Assembly (NCBI GenBank): GCA_046331705.1
Contig: JAXLQJ010000019.1
Span: 1-64,000 of the forward strand
Direction: 5' to 3'
Origin: a bacterium
GTDB taxonomy: Bacteria > JADJOY01
DNA: 64,000 nucleotides
The notes beneath the pieces are model-generated. The model had not been told where the DNA came from. It searched no databases and was given only the letters and a program-made list of their open reading frames with translations. Made by a program: the position numbers and the translations under genes. Below are positions 56,256 to 64,000 of this stretch, in pieces. The number at the start of each line of letters is the position of its first letter. The first letter of the stretch is position 1.

Positions 56256-58418
56256 ATGGCGCGATGGTTCGTCTGGCTGCAAGTCGCATGGCTGCTCGTC
56301 GCGACGGGCTGCAGCAGCTACCGCATCGAGGGATCGCTCGCGCCGGCGCGTTCGAGCCAGCGAGATGCGTCGCTCGAGCCGTGGCTCCTCGTGGGCGCCG
56401 CCGAGTCCGACCTGACGCCCATCCCCGGCTACCCGATGGGTGGCCACGGACCCGCCGGCACGATCGGACGTGGCGTGTGGACGCGGTTGAAGGCGCGCGC
56501 GACCTTCGTCGAGGACGCCGGCGGCGACGCCGTGGCCTTCGTGGCGTGCGATCTGTGGTCGATCCCGGGCGGTCTCACCGATCGGGTCGTGGAGCTCGTG
56601 CAGCGCGCTCCCGCGGGCCGCGCGCTGAGCCGGAGCCGCGTTCTCCTCGCCGCCACCCACACCCACCAGAGTCCCGGCAACTTCTCCTCGTCGGATGCCT
56701 ACAACCTGTTCGCGTCGCGCGTGCCCGGATTCGATCCCGGCCTCTTCGAGTTCCTGGCGGCGCGAATCGCCGGCGCGATCGTCGCCGCTGCCGAGGGCCG
56801 GGTGCCGGCGCGGGCGGCGTACGGCGAGAGCGTGGCGGCGGGCTTGGCTCGCAACCGCAGCCTGGTGCCTTACCGTCTCGACCCGGAAGCCGCAGGGCTG
56901 CCGCTCGATCCGGATCTGGCCGCGCGCCAGGCCGTCGATCCCCGCGTGCGGGTGCTCGCGTTCCGCAAGCTCGCCGAGCCGCACGACCTCGTCGCGGTCC
57001 AGGTCTTCGTGGCCGTTCACAACACCGCGCTGGACCCGGGTGCGCAGGTCTACCAGGGCGACTTGTTCGGCGCCGCCGCGCGCTTGATCCGCTGGCGAAT
57101 CGCGCCGGTCGCGGACGACGACGCGCGGAGTGCAGCCGCGCCTGTGGTCGCCATCTTCAACGGCGCGGAAGGGGACGTCCGCCCCGACACCAAGGCTCGC
57201 GATCGCCTCGAGACGCTCAGGCTCGCCGGAGTTCTCGCCGATGGCGCCGGGAGCGCGCTCGCACAGAGCCGCGACATCGACGGCCGCTGGGCGCACGCGA
57301 TGCGGCGGGTGAGCCTGCCGGATGCGTGCTCGGACGAGCGGCGCGCGCGCGGGATCTGCCCTGCCGAGACGGCCACGATGGGGATGGCAACGCCTGGGGG
57401 CGCGTCGGACGGACCGACGCTCTTTCACGAGCTCATCTGGGTCGAGGGCGTGCGCGGCGCGATGCGATGGAATCGTCAGGGGCCGAAGCAACCGGCGATC
57501 GACGTCGGCGACGCGCTCGCACTGAGCCGGTCGCGCGTCGACGACCTCTGGAATCTGGACGTGACGGGACTGCTCGCCCACAACGTGGCGGCACCGCCCA
57601 CCGTGCTGCCGCTCGGGCTGTTTCGGCTCGGCCCGGTGGCGTTCGTCGCGTTGCCGGTCGAGGCCACGATCACCGTGGGACGTCGCATCGAGGACGCGCT
57701 CGCTCGCCGGCTCGAGCCCGCTGGGCCGGTGATCGTGATCGGGCTGGCGAACGAATACCTGTCCTACGTCGCGACCCCCGAGGAATACGAGGCGCAGCAT
57801 TACGAGGGCGCGTCCACGCTCTACGGGCCGGCGTCGGGGCCGCTCGTGCAAGACACGCTGTCCGAGCTCGCGACTGGTGACGCCGCCGGCGATCCCGACG
57901 CGAGCCGGTACGCGTACGAGGTGGGAAGCGTCACCCGATTCGACGCGGAAGGAGTCGGTGAGCCGCCCTACTTCGTCGACGATGGACTGAGCGACCTGCT
58001 CACGGACGCGCAAGGGCGTCCCGATCGCCGCGCCGCGCGTTTCTGCTGGCGCGCGGCGCGACCCGCATGGCCACCGCGTGACGGCGACTCGGCCGGCGCC
58101 TCCGGGCCGCTGCCGCGGGTCGCGATCGAGGCCCGAGGTCCGCGCGGCGCCTGGAGCGTGGCCATCGTCGACGCGAGGCCGCAGACCGACGAAGGGCTCG
58201 ACCTCGTGACGGTGCTCACGCGAGCCGAGCCGCAGACGCTCTCGTGGTGCTCGTTCTGGGCGAGCACGCCCTCCGCCGCGGCACCCGAGCAGGAGTTCCG
58301 GTTCCGCGTCGTGAACGGCGACGCGCGCGCGTGCTACTCGCCGGCGTTCCGCGTCGGAGCGGCGCAGGCGCCGGAAGCGCACGTCGTCGATTGCCGCTCG
58401 GCCGCAGGCTCCGAGTGA
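56256..58418 (+). CDS. Neutral/alkaline ceramidase family protein, probable lipoprotein
   Basis: ATGC lipobox; MGGHG, RLKARA, ATHTHQSPG, NRS, VHNT, GAEGDV, PVEAT...GRRI, GLANEYLSYV..PEEY..QHYEGASTLYG. Confidence 0.88.
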   Translation: MARWFVWLQVAWLLVATGCSSYRIEGSLAPARSSQRDASLEPWLLVGAAESDLTPIPGYPMGGHGPAGTIGRGVWTRLKARATFVEDAGGDAVAFVACDLWSIPGGLTDRVVELVQRAPAGRALSRSRVLLAATHTHQSPGNFSSSDAYNLFASRVPGFDPGLFEFLAARIAGAIVAAAEGRVPARAAYGESVAAGLARNRSLVPYRLDPEAAGLPLDPDLAARQAVDPRVRVLAFRKLAEPHDLVAVQVFVAVHNTALDPGAQVYQGDLFGAAARLIRWRIAPVADDDARSAAAPVVAIFNGAEGDVRPDTKARDRLETLRLAGVLADGAGSALAQSRDIDGRWAHAMRRVSLPDACSDERRARGICPAETATMGMATPGGASDGPTLFHELIWVEGVRGAMRWNRQGPKQPAIDVGDALALSRSRVDDLWNLDVTGLLAHNVAAPPTVLPLGLFRLGPVAFVALPVEATITVGRRIEDALARRLEPAGPVIVIGLANEYLSYVATPEEYEAQHYEGASTLYGPASGPLVQDTLSELATGDAAGDPDASRYAYEVGSVTRFDAEGVGEPPYFVDDGLSDLLTDAQGRPDRRAARFCWRAARPAWPPRDGDSAGASGPLPRVAIEARGPRGAWSVAIVDARPQTDEGLDLVTVLTRAEPQTLSWCSFWASTPSAAAPEQEFRFRVVNGDARACYSPAFRVGAAQAPEAHVVDCRSAAGSE

Positions 58419-58488
58419 GCGCACGCGCGGCGGAGGCCGTGAGGCGACGTGCGTGCGCGCGTCCCGGCGCCGGGCTGCCGGCGTGCGC

Positions 58489-58992
58489 TCACAGCTCGCG
58501 CACGAACCAGCGGTCGCAACCGGAGTGGCCCGTGCAACCCATCGGCGACGCCACCCGCGCGAAGCCCGCCTGCTGGTAGAGGTGCTGGGCCGCGTCCATG
58601 CCCGTCAGCGTCTCGAGATAGCAGCGCCGGTAGCCGAGGCGTCGCGCCTCGTCGAGGCAGCGTGCGAGCAACGCGCGGCCGGCGCCCGATCCGCGGCCGT
58701 GGGCGAGCAGGTACATCTTGCGTAGCTCGCAGGTATCGCTCGGGCCGCCCTCCAGCGGAGCCACGCCTGCGCCGCCAACGACCTCGCCGCTCGCGAGCTC
58801 GACCACCACGTAGCTGGCGCCCGCCCGCGCGTAGCACCGCGCCATCGAGTCCACCTCGCGATCGTGGATCGCGAAGCCGTCGCCGCCCGCTCCGAATTCC
58901 GGCATGACCGTTCGGATCACCCGCGCGATGGCCACCTCGTCACGAAGCTCGATGGGGCGCAAACGAAACGGCGCGGCGCTCGGCGCAGTCAT
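58489..58992 (-). CDS. GNAT acetyltransferase (YjgM-like)
   Basis: IARVIRTVMPEFG, GGAGVAPL, CELRKMY, RGSGAG, CYLETL..MDAAQHLY, TGHSGCD. Confidence 0.9.
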   Translation of the reverse strand: MTAPSAAPFRLRPIELRDEVAIARVIRTVMPEFGAGGDGFAIHDREVDSMARCYARAGASYVVVELASGEVVGGAGVAPLEGGPSDTCELRKMYLLAHGRGSGAGRALLARCLDEARRLGYRRCYLETLTGMDAAQHLYQQAGFARVASPMGCTGHSGCDRWFVREL

Positions 58993-59123
58993 GGCGCCGC
59001 GGAGCATAGTCGAGCGTCGGACCCGCTTCACTCCTCGCGGAGCCGCTCGCGCGGATTCCCGGCGCGAGCCATCCCACCGCGCTGCCGCTATGTTTTCCGC
59101 GCATCCGAGCGAACGAGGGATCC

Positions 59124-60158
59124 ATGACGGTCAAGTCGGTCTTTCTGGTGAAGTACGGCGCGGCGTCCCAGGCGTTCGAGGTCCGTGACTCGAGCACCAA
59201 GCCGGAACCTGGGCCGGGACAGCTGCGGGTGGCCGTCGAGGCGTTCGGGCTCAACTACGCCGACGTGATGGCGCGCAAGGGGCTCTACCAGGATGCGCCG
59301 CCGATCCCCGCGGTGCTCGGCTACGAGGTGGTGGGGCGGGTGGAGGCGCTCGGTGCAGGCGTCGACGGGCCGAAGCCCGGCACCCGCGTCGCCGCGCTGA
59401 CCCGCTTCGGCGGCTACGCGACCCACGCCATCACCGATGCGCGCGCCGTCGCGGCGATCCCGGACGACATGGACGTGGGCATCGCCGCGGCGATCCCCAC
59501 GCAGGGTGCCACGGCTTGGTTCTGCGCCGAGGAGATGGTGCGGCTTCACGCCGGTGATCACGTGCTGGTGCAAGCCGCCGCCGGCGGCGTCGGGACGCTC
59601 TTGGTGCAGCTCGCCAAGCGGCACGGTTGCGTCGTGTACGGCACGGCGGGCTCGGAGGAGAAGCTCGACTATCTGAAGAAGCTCGGTGTGGACGTACCCA
59701 TCAACTACCGCACCACCGACTTCGCGGAAGTGATCGAGCGCAAGCGCGGCGACGAAGGGATCGACGTGGTCTTCGATTCGCTGGGCGGCGCCGCCATCCG
59801 CAAGGGCTTGAAGCTGGTGCGCGCCGGCGGCCGCGTGGTGGCGTTCGGCGCCGCCGAGCACGAGGCCGGCAGTCTGCAGGTGCTGCGCAGCCTCAAGTTC
59901 CTGGCGTCGTTCGGGTTTCCGCACCCGGTGTTGCTGATGATGGCCTCGAAGTCGTTCCTGGCGGTGAACATGCTGCGCGTCGCGGATCAGCGGCCGCTGA
60001 TCGTGAAGCGGTGCCTGGAAAACGTGATCGACTTGGTGTTGCGCGGTGAGCTCACGCCTCACGTGGGTGGGCGTTTCACCGTGGACCGCATCGCCGACGC
60101 TCACGCCTTCCTCGAGAATCGCGGCTCGATGGGAAAGATCGTGGTCAGCTGGGCTTGA
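59124..60158 (+). CDS. MDR / quinone-oxidoreductase (VAT-1-like) NADPH oxidoreductase
   Basis: GLNYADVMARKGLY, GYEVVG, TRFGGYA, QAAAGGVG, VVFDSLGG, SMGKIV. Confidence 0.9.
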   Translation: MTVKSVFLVKYGAASQAFEVRDSSTKPEPGPGQLRVAVEAFGLNYADVMARKGLYQDAPPIPAVLGYEVVGRVEALGAGVDGPKPGTRVAALTRFGGYATHAITDARAVAAIPDDMDVGIAAAIPTQGATAWFCAEEMVRLHAGDHVLVQAAAGGVGTLLVQLAKRHGCVVYGTAGSEEKLDYLKKLGVDVPINYRTTDFAEVIERKRGDEGIDVVFDSLGGAAIRKGLKLVRAGGRVVAFGAAEHEAGSLQVLRSLKFLASFGFPHPVLLMMASKSFLAVNMLRVADQRPLIVKRCLENVIDLVLRGELTPHVGGRFTVDRIADAHAFLENRGSMGKIVVSWA

Positions 60159-60189
60159 GACTGGCCCCGGCGGTGACACGCTGCACCCC

Positions 60190-61233
60190 ATGAACGTCCA
60201 CGTTCTCGTCGACCAGGCGATCGGAGCCAGCACCCGCTGGCTCCAGCGCAAGCTGCCGCCCAAGGACGACACCACTCACCTGCTCGACCAATACCGCGGG
60301 CAATCCCTCGCGACGCTCTTCCCGCCGCCGCCCGCGCGGCCCTACGTCGAGACGCGCGACGCGCCGGCGGTCGGGCCGCTCCGGGCGCGCCGATTTCGCA
60401 TCGCCAGCGCGCACCAGCCGCTCGCCGAGCCGCTGCGCCGGATCTACGACCGCGAGCAGGAGCCGCTGCACTTCTTCCACGGCCGCGAGCTCGAGCTCGC
60501 CACCCGCGCCAGCCGCCGCGCGGTCGTCTACATCCACGGCTGGATGGAATCCACCGATCTCGCCACCGAGGCGTTGCTGGCGCCGGTGGTGGCGTGGAAG
60601 CTCGATGCCGATTTCTTCCATTTCCAGCTGCCGCACCATTGGCGCCGCCAGGTGGCGGGTTCCAAGTACAACGGCGCGGGCTTCTGCAGCGCCGATCTCG
60701 CTCAGACCTGCGAAGCCTTCCGCCAGGCCGTCCTGGATGCGCGCACCTTGCTCACCTGGGTGCGCTCGCTCGGTCGCTACGACGAGATCGGACTCATGGG
60801 CATCAGCTTGGGCGGGCTGCTGACCCAGATCGTCGCGTGCCTCGATCCGGATCTACCGTGGGCCGTGCCGTGCGAGGCGCACCTCGATTTCCAGGACTTG
60901 GTCAGCCACGCCCCGATCCTCACCGAGATCCGTGACGAGCTGGCGGCGTTCGGCGTCGGGCCGGCCGACCTCGAGGACTTCGTGCGGGCGCTGGGCTTCG
61001 ATCGCCTCGAGCCCGCCATCGATCGCTCTCGCCTGCTCTTCGTGGCGGCGCTCGACGATCAGTTCATGCGGCCCGAGGCGATGGCGCGTGCGCTGGCGCG
61101 CTGGCCGGGGGTCGCGACGCTGTGGATCCCGGGCGGCCACATCACGGCGCTCTTCCGGTTGCCGCGCGTGCTCGACGACGTGCGGCGATTCATCGATGCG
61201 CAACCGCGCCCCGCGCGAGCGAGCCAAGCGTGA
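60190..61233 (+). CDS. Alpha/beta hydrolase (ABHD18/DUF2048-like)
   Basis: YIHGW, LPHHWRR, QAVLDAR, MGISLGG nucleophile elbow, DQF, GGHIT. Confidence 0.82.
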   Translation: MNVHVLVDQAIGASTRWLQRKLPPKDDTTHLLDQYRGQSLATLFPPPPARPYVETRDAPAVGPLRARRFRIASAHQPLAEPLRRIYDREQEPLHFFHGRELELATRASRRAVVYIHGWMESTDLATEALLAPVVAWKLDADFFHFQLPHHWRRQVAGSKYNGAGFCSADLAQTCEAFRQAVLDARTLLTWVRSLGRYDEIGLMGISLGGLLTQIVACLDPDLPWAVPCEAHLDFQDLVSHAPILTEIRDELAAFGVGPADLEDFVRALGFDRLEPAIDRSRLLFVAALDDQFMRPEAMARALARWPGVATLWIPGGHITALFRLPRVLDDVRRFIDAQPRPARASQA

Positions 61234-61724
61234 AGCCCGACGTGATCGCCTACACCGACGGCGGGTGCCGCGGGAATCCGGGTCCCGGTGCCTGGGCCTT
61301 CTTGCTCATCGACGCCGCTTCCGGCGCCGCGCTCGAGCGCACCGGCGGCGAGCGCCACACCACCAACAACCGGATGGAGCTGCTCGCCGTCATCGAAGCG
61401 CTCAAGGCGCTCAAGCGCACCAAGCAGCGCGTTCGCCTGTTGAGCGACAGCCAGTACGTCATCAACTCCGCCACCAAGTGGATGGCCGGCTGGAAGGCCA
61501 AGGGCTGGAAGCGCAAGGAAGGCGAGCTCAAGAACGTGGACCTGCTCAAGGAGCTCGACAACCTCATCGCACACCACGACATCGAGTGGCAGTGGGTGCG
61601 CGGCCACGACGGCGAGCCCGGCAACGAGCGGGTGGATGCGCTCACCAACCACGGCATGGATCGGATCGCGCGAGGCGAGAGCGCCGCCTGGGAAAACCGC
61701 ACCTCGTGGCCGGCGGGCCGCTGA
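61230..61724 (+). CDS. rnhA: Ribonuclease HI
   Basis: YTDGGCRGNPGPG, TTNNRMEL, SDSQYV, KNVDL, WVRGH...NERVD; GTGA overlap with the upstream gene. Confidence 0.96.
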   Translation: MKPDVIAYTDGGCRGNPGPGAWAFLLIDAASGAALERTGGERHTTNNRMELLAVIEALKALKRTKQRVRLLSDSQYVINSATKWMAGWKAKGWKRKEGELKNVDLLKELDNLIAHHDIEWQWVRGHDGEPGNERVDALTNHGMDRIARGESAAWENRTSWPAGR

Positions 61725-61810
61725 CGGAGGCGGTTGACGGCACGCTCGCGGATGGGTCACAACCTCGACCGAAACCGCATGCAGCGAGAGCCGAGAGGGC
61801 GGAGGCGCAC

Positions 61811-62362
61811 GTGTTGAACCGGGAAGATTGCATCCTCTACAGCGGGGCCGCGAACGGCGCCGAGGCGTACTTCGGGACCGTCGCCGAGCAGTTCGGGATC
61901 CAGGAGGTGAACTTCACCTTCGAGGGGCACAACGACGCGCGCTCGCGCGGCATGCGCGTGCTCACCACCGAGGAGCTCAAGCGCGGTGACGTGAGCCTGG
62001 CCTACGTCGCCAAGATGATGAACCGCGAGTACTCGCCGGCGCCGCTCATGAAGAAGGTGCTGCAGTGCATCTGGCACCAGGTGAACGAGGGCCAAGAGAT
62101 CTACGTGGTGGGCAAGATCCTCGACGACGGCCACGTGAAGGGCGGCACGGGCTGGGGCGCCGAGTTCGCCAAGCTCTGCAACAAGCCGCTCTTCGTCTTC
62201 GATCAGGGGCGCGACGCGTGGTTCCAATGGGAAGACATGCGCTTCAAGCCCGTGCAGAACCCCGTGATCGCGCATCCTCACTTCACGGGTACCGGCACGC
62301 GCTTCCTGGAGGCGAACGGGAAGGCGGCGATCGAGGGCCTCTACGCGCGCTCGTTCAAGTGA
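61811..62362 (+). CDS. Conserved hypothetical protein, possibly SLOG-superfamily nucleotide-binding fold
   Basis: GGAGG RBS; LYSGAANGAE, VKGGTGWGAEFAKLCNKPLFVFDQ, FTGTGTR. Confidence 0.7.
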   Translation: MLNREDCILYSGAANGAEAYFGTVAEQFGIQEVNFTFEGHNDARSRGMRVLTTEELKRGDVSLAYVAKMMNREYSPAPLMKKVLQCIWHQVNEGQEIYVVGKILDDGHVKGGTGWGAEFAKLCNKPLFVFDQGRDAWFQWEDMRFKPVQNPVIAHPHFTGTGTRFLEANGKAAIEGLYARSFK

Positions 62363-62439
62363 CGTCGCGGCCGGTGCCGTGAGCGCGGCCGCGGGGATTC
62401 GCGCCTGCTCGAACCGCCTGGGTTGACGGACGGGTCGCC

Positions 62440-63135
62440 ATGCTCGACCTCTACTACTGGCCGACGCCCAACGGCTGGAAGGTCTCCATCGCCCTCGAGG
62501 AAATGGAGCTTCCTTATCGGGTGATCCCGGTCGACATCGGGCGCGCCGAGCAGTTCGCGCCCGAGTTCCTGCGCCTGAGCCCCAACAATCGCATCCCGGC
62601 GCTCGTCGACCCCGAGCCGCTCGGCGGCGGAGCGCCGCTCTCGCTCTTCGAGTCGGGGGCGATCTTGCTCTACCTGGGCGAGAAGAGCGGGCGCTTCCTG
62701 CCCTCGGCTCCCCGCGAGCGCTACGCGGTCGTGCAATGGGTGATGTGGCAGATGGCGAATCTGGGGCCAGCCGCGGGCCAGGCGAACCATTTCCGTCACT
62801 ACGCGCCGCGCGCCGACTCCTACGCCGAGGAACGCCACACCTGGGAGCTCGCGCGCCTCTACGACGTTCTCGAGCGTCGCCTCGGCGAGTGCCCGTTCGT
62901 GGGCGGTGAGCTGTCGGTCGCGGACATGGCGATCTTCCCGTGGATCCTGAGCTACAAGCGCTACGGCATGAGCCTCGACGAGCGACCGAGCCTGCGGCGC
63001 TGGTACGAGACGATGAAGGCGCGTCCGGCGGTGCGGCGCGGCATCGACGTGGCGAAAGAGCTACGCAACTCGATCCCGGACCCCGAAGCGCTCGCGAAGA
63101 TGTTTGGTCCTGCGTTCGCGCGACTTCAGCCGTGA
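62440..63135 (+). CDS. Glutathione S-transferase, YfcG/YghU (Nu class) type
   Basis: YYWPTPNGWKVSIALEE, SPNNRIPALVD, FESGAILLYL, WQMANLGP..GQANHF, ADMAIFPW. Confidence 0.93.
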   Translation: MLDLYYWPTPNGWKVSIALEEMELPYRVIPVDIGRAEQFAPEFLRLSPNNRIPALVDPEPLGGGAPLSLFESGAILLYLGEKSGRFLPSAPRERYAVVQWVMWQMANLGPAAGQANHFRHYAPRADSYAEERHTWELARLYDVLERRLGECPFVGGELSVADMAIFPWILSYKRYGMSLDERPSLRRWYETMKARPAVRRGIDVAKELRNSIPDPEALAKMFGPAFARLQP

Positions 63136-63457
63136 GGTCCAGGCATCCGCATGTCCACCGAGGGTTGGCGGCGCTGCTCCACCTCCGCGCGCTCCGTCGG
63201 CGCGGCGTCGCGATGCGCAGGGTGCGCGCGCTTCGGGCGCACACCGCTCGACGGGGTCACGGTCCGCCATGTTCCGGCACCCGCGGCGGCGGTTTCCCAC
63301 GGCGGCTTCCGCGCGCGACGGCAGAGCGCGAGCCGACCTCGGCGGCTTGGGCGAGGGTGCCCGGTACCAGACACGCTGCTCCGATGGTGACCGGCGCAAG
63401 CGCGCGTACCGTCGATCCTCGTCCCCGCGCGCGCCTGCGCTCGCTCGGGGACGAGGG

Positions 63458-64000
63458 ATGACCGCGGTTGCCGTACGCCAGCAGCAGTCCGAGGGCTTGG
63501 TTCGAGTCTGGCGGCGGGTGCTCGCCGCGCTCGGCGCGCCGCTCGAGCCAGGCGTGCGGGTGCTCGACTTCGGGTGCGGACGCGGCGAGCTGGTGGTGGT
63601 GCTCCGCAACCTCGGTATCGAAGCGGACGGTGTCGATCTGCTCGACGATTTCGCGGCGATTCGCGACGCCGTGCCCTCGGCCCCACGGCCCGTGGAGCTG
63701 GCCGCCTGCGTCCACGCGCTCGACCCGAGCGCACCGACGCTGCCGTACCCGGACGGGAGCTTCGACTTGGTGCTGAGCAACCAGGTTTTCGAGCACGTCG
63801 CCGACTATCCGGCTGCGATCGGAGAGATCTTCCGGGTGCTCAAGCCCGGGGGGGCCTGCTTTCTCGTGCTTCCCGCCCGCTGGCGTCTGATCGAGGCGCA
63901 CACCTTCGTGCCCCTCGCGGGCGTGCTGCGCGCCCGATGGTACCTGCGCCTGTGGGCCATCCTCGGCGTGCGCAACGAGTTCCAGCGCGGCCTGACGCGT
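63458..64000 (+). CDS. Class I SAM-dependent methyltransferase (runs off window end)
   Basis: Manual translation: VLDFGCGRG, GVD, LPYPDGSFDLVLSNQVFEHV, EIFRVLKPGG. Confidence 0.9.
   Translation, partial: MTAVAVRQQQSEGLVRVWRRVLAALGAPLEPGVRVLDFGCGRGELVVVLRNLGIEADGVDLLDDFAAIRDAVPSAPRPVELAACVHALDPSAPTLPYPDGSFDLVLSNQVFEHVADYPAAIGEIFRVLKPGGACFLVLPARWRLIEAHTFVPLAGVLRARWYLRLWAILGVRNEFQRGLTR

Noticed and set aside
54939..58424. 1161-aa minus-strand ORF and other long antisense or alternate-frame ORFs (e.g. 6970..9594, 27488..28615, 51295..53232)
   Set aside because: They are shadows of real genes in GC-rich DNA with few stop codons. Only sub-segments with family motifs were kept, such as 54939..56039.
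59124..60158. MDR oxidoreductase as the missing crotonyl-CoA carboxylase/reductase
   Set aside because: At 344 aa with VAT-1/QOR motifs it is too short and lacks Ccr signatures such as NYNxVW and WGxET.
63151..63390. 79-aa ORF between the GST and the methyltransferase
   Set aside because: Arg/Ala/Gly-rich composition typical of non-coding GC-rich DNA; no motif or clear RBS.
1..64000. CRISPR arrays, rRNA, prophage or recognisable anti-phage defence operons
   Set aside because: No regularly spaced short repeats, rRNA-like sequence, phage structural genes or known defence domains were seen.

Overview
A very GC-rich (roughly 70% by eye), gene-dense bacterial chromosomal segment with about 55-60 supportable CDS. 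I found no rRNA, tRNA or CRISPR array. Gene content (MXAN_6640-type metalloprotease, PKD and OmpA/VWA lipoproteins, sigma-54 promoters, F420-dependent oxidoreductase) suggests a Myxococcota or 'deltaproteobacterial' organism; this is inference. Main items: (1) a compact ethylmalonyl-CoA pathway cluster (epimerase-mcd-mch-ecm, 42.4-48.0 kb) with no ccr or lyase in the window. (2) A frameshifted IS1595-family element with only one visible end, lying between two copies of a ~730-bp segment from a secreted beta-helix glycoside hydrolase gene; this is probably a collapsed polymorphic insertion or assembly chimera. (3) Many lipid enzymes: an ERG25-like sterol oxidase, a lipid kinase, a neutral ceramidase divergent from a second desaturase, an LCAT-like lipase, an acyltransferase plus SDR, and a thioesterase. 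(4) A Crp/Fnr regulator followed by an FNR-like box and a hemerythrin gene, plus a distant NnrS. (5) Two small ORFs of unknown function, each behind a near-consensus sigma-54 promoter. All calls come from motif recognition by eye; no database searches were run, and I cannot confirm that any system here is undescribed.
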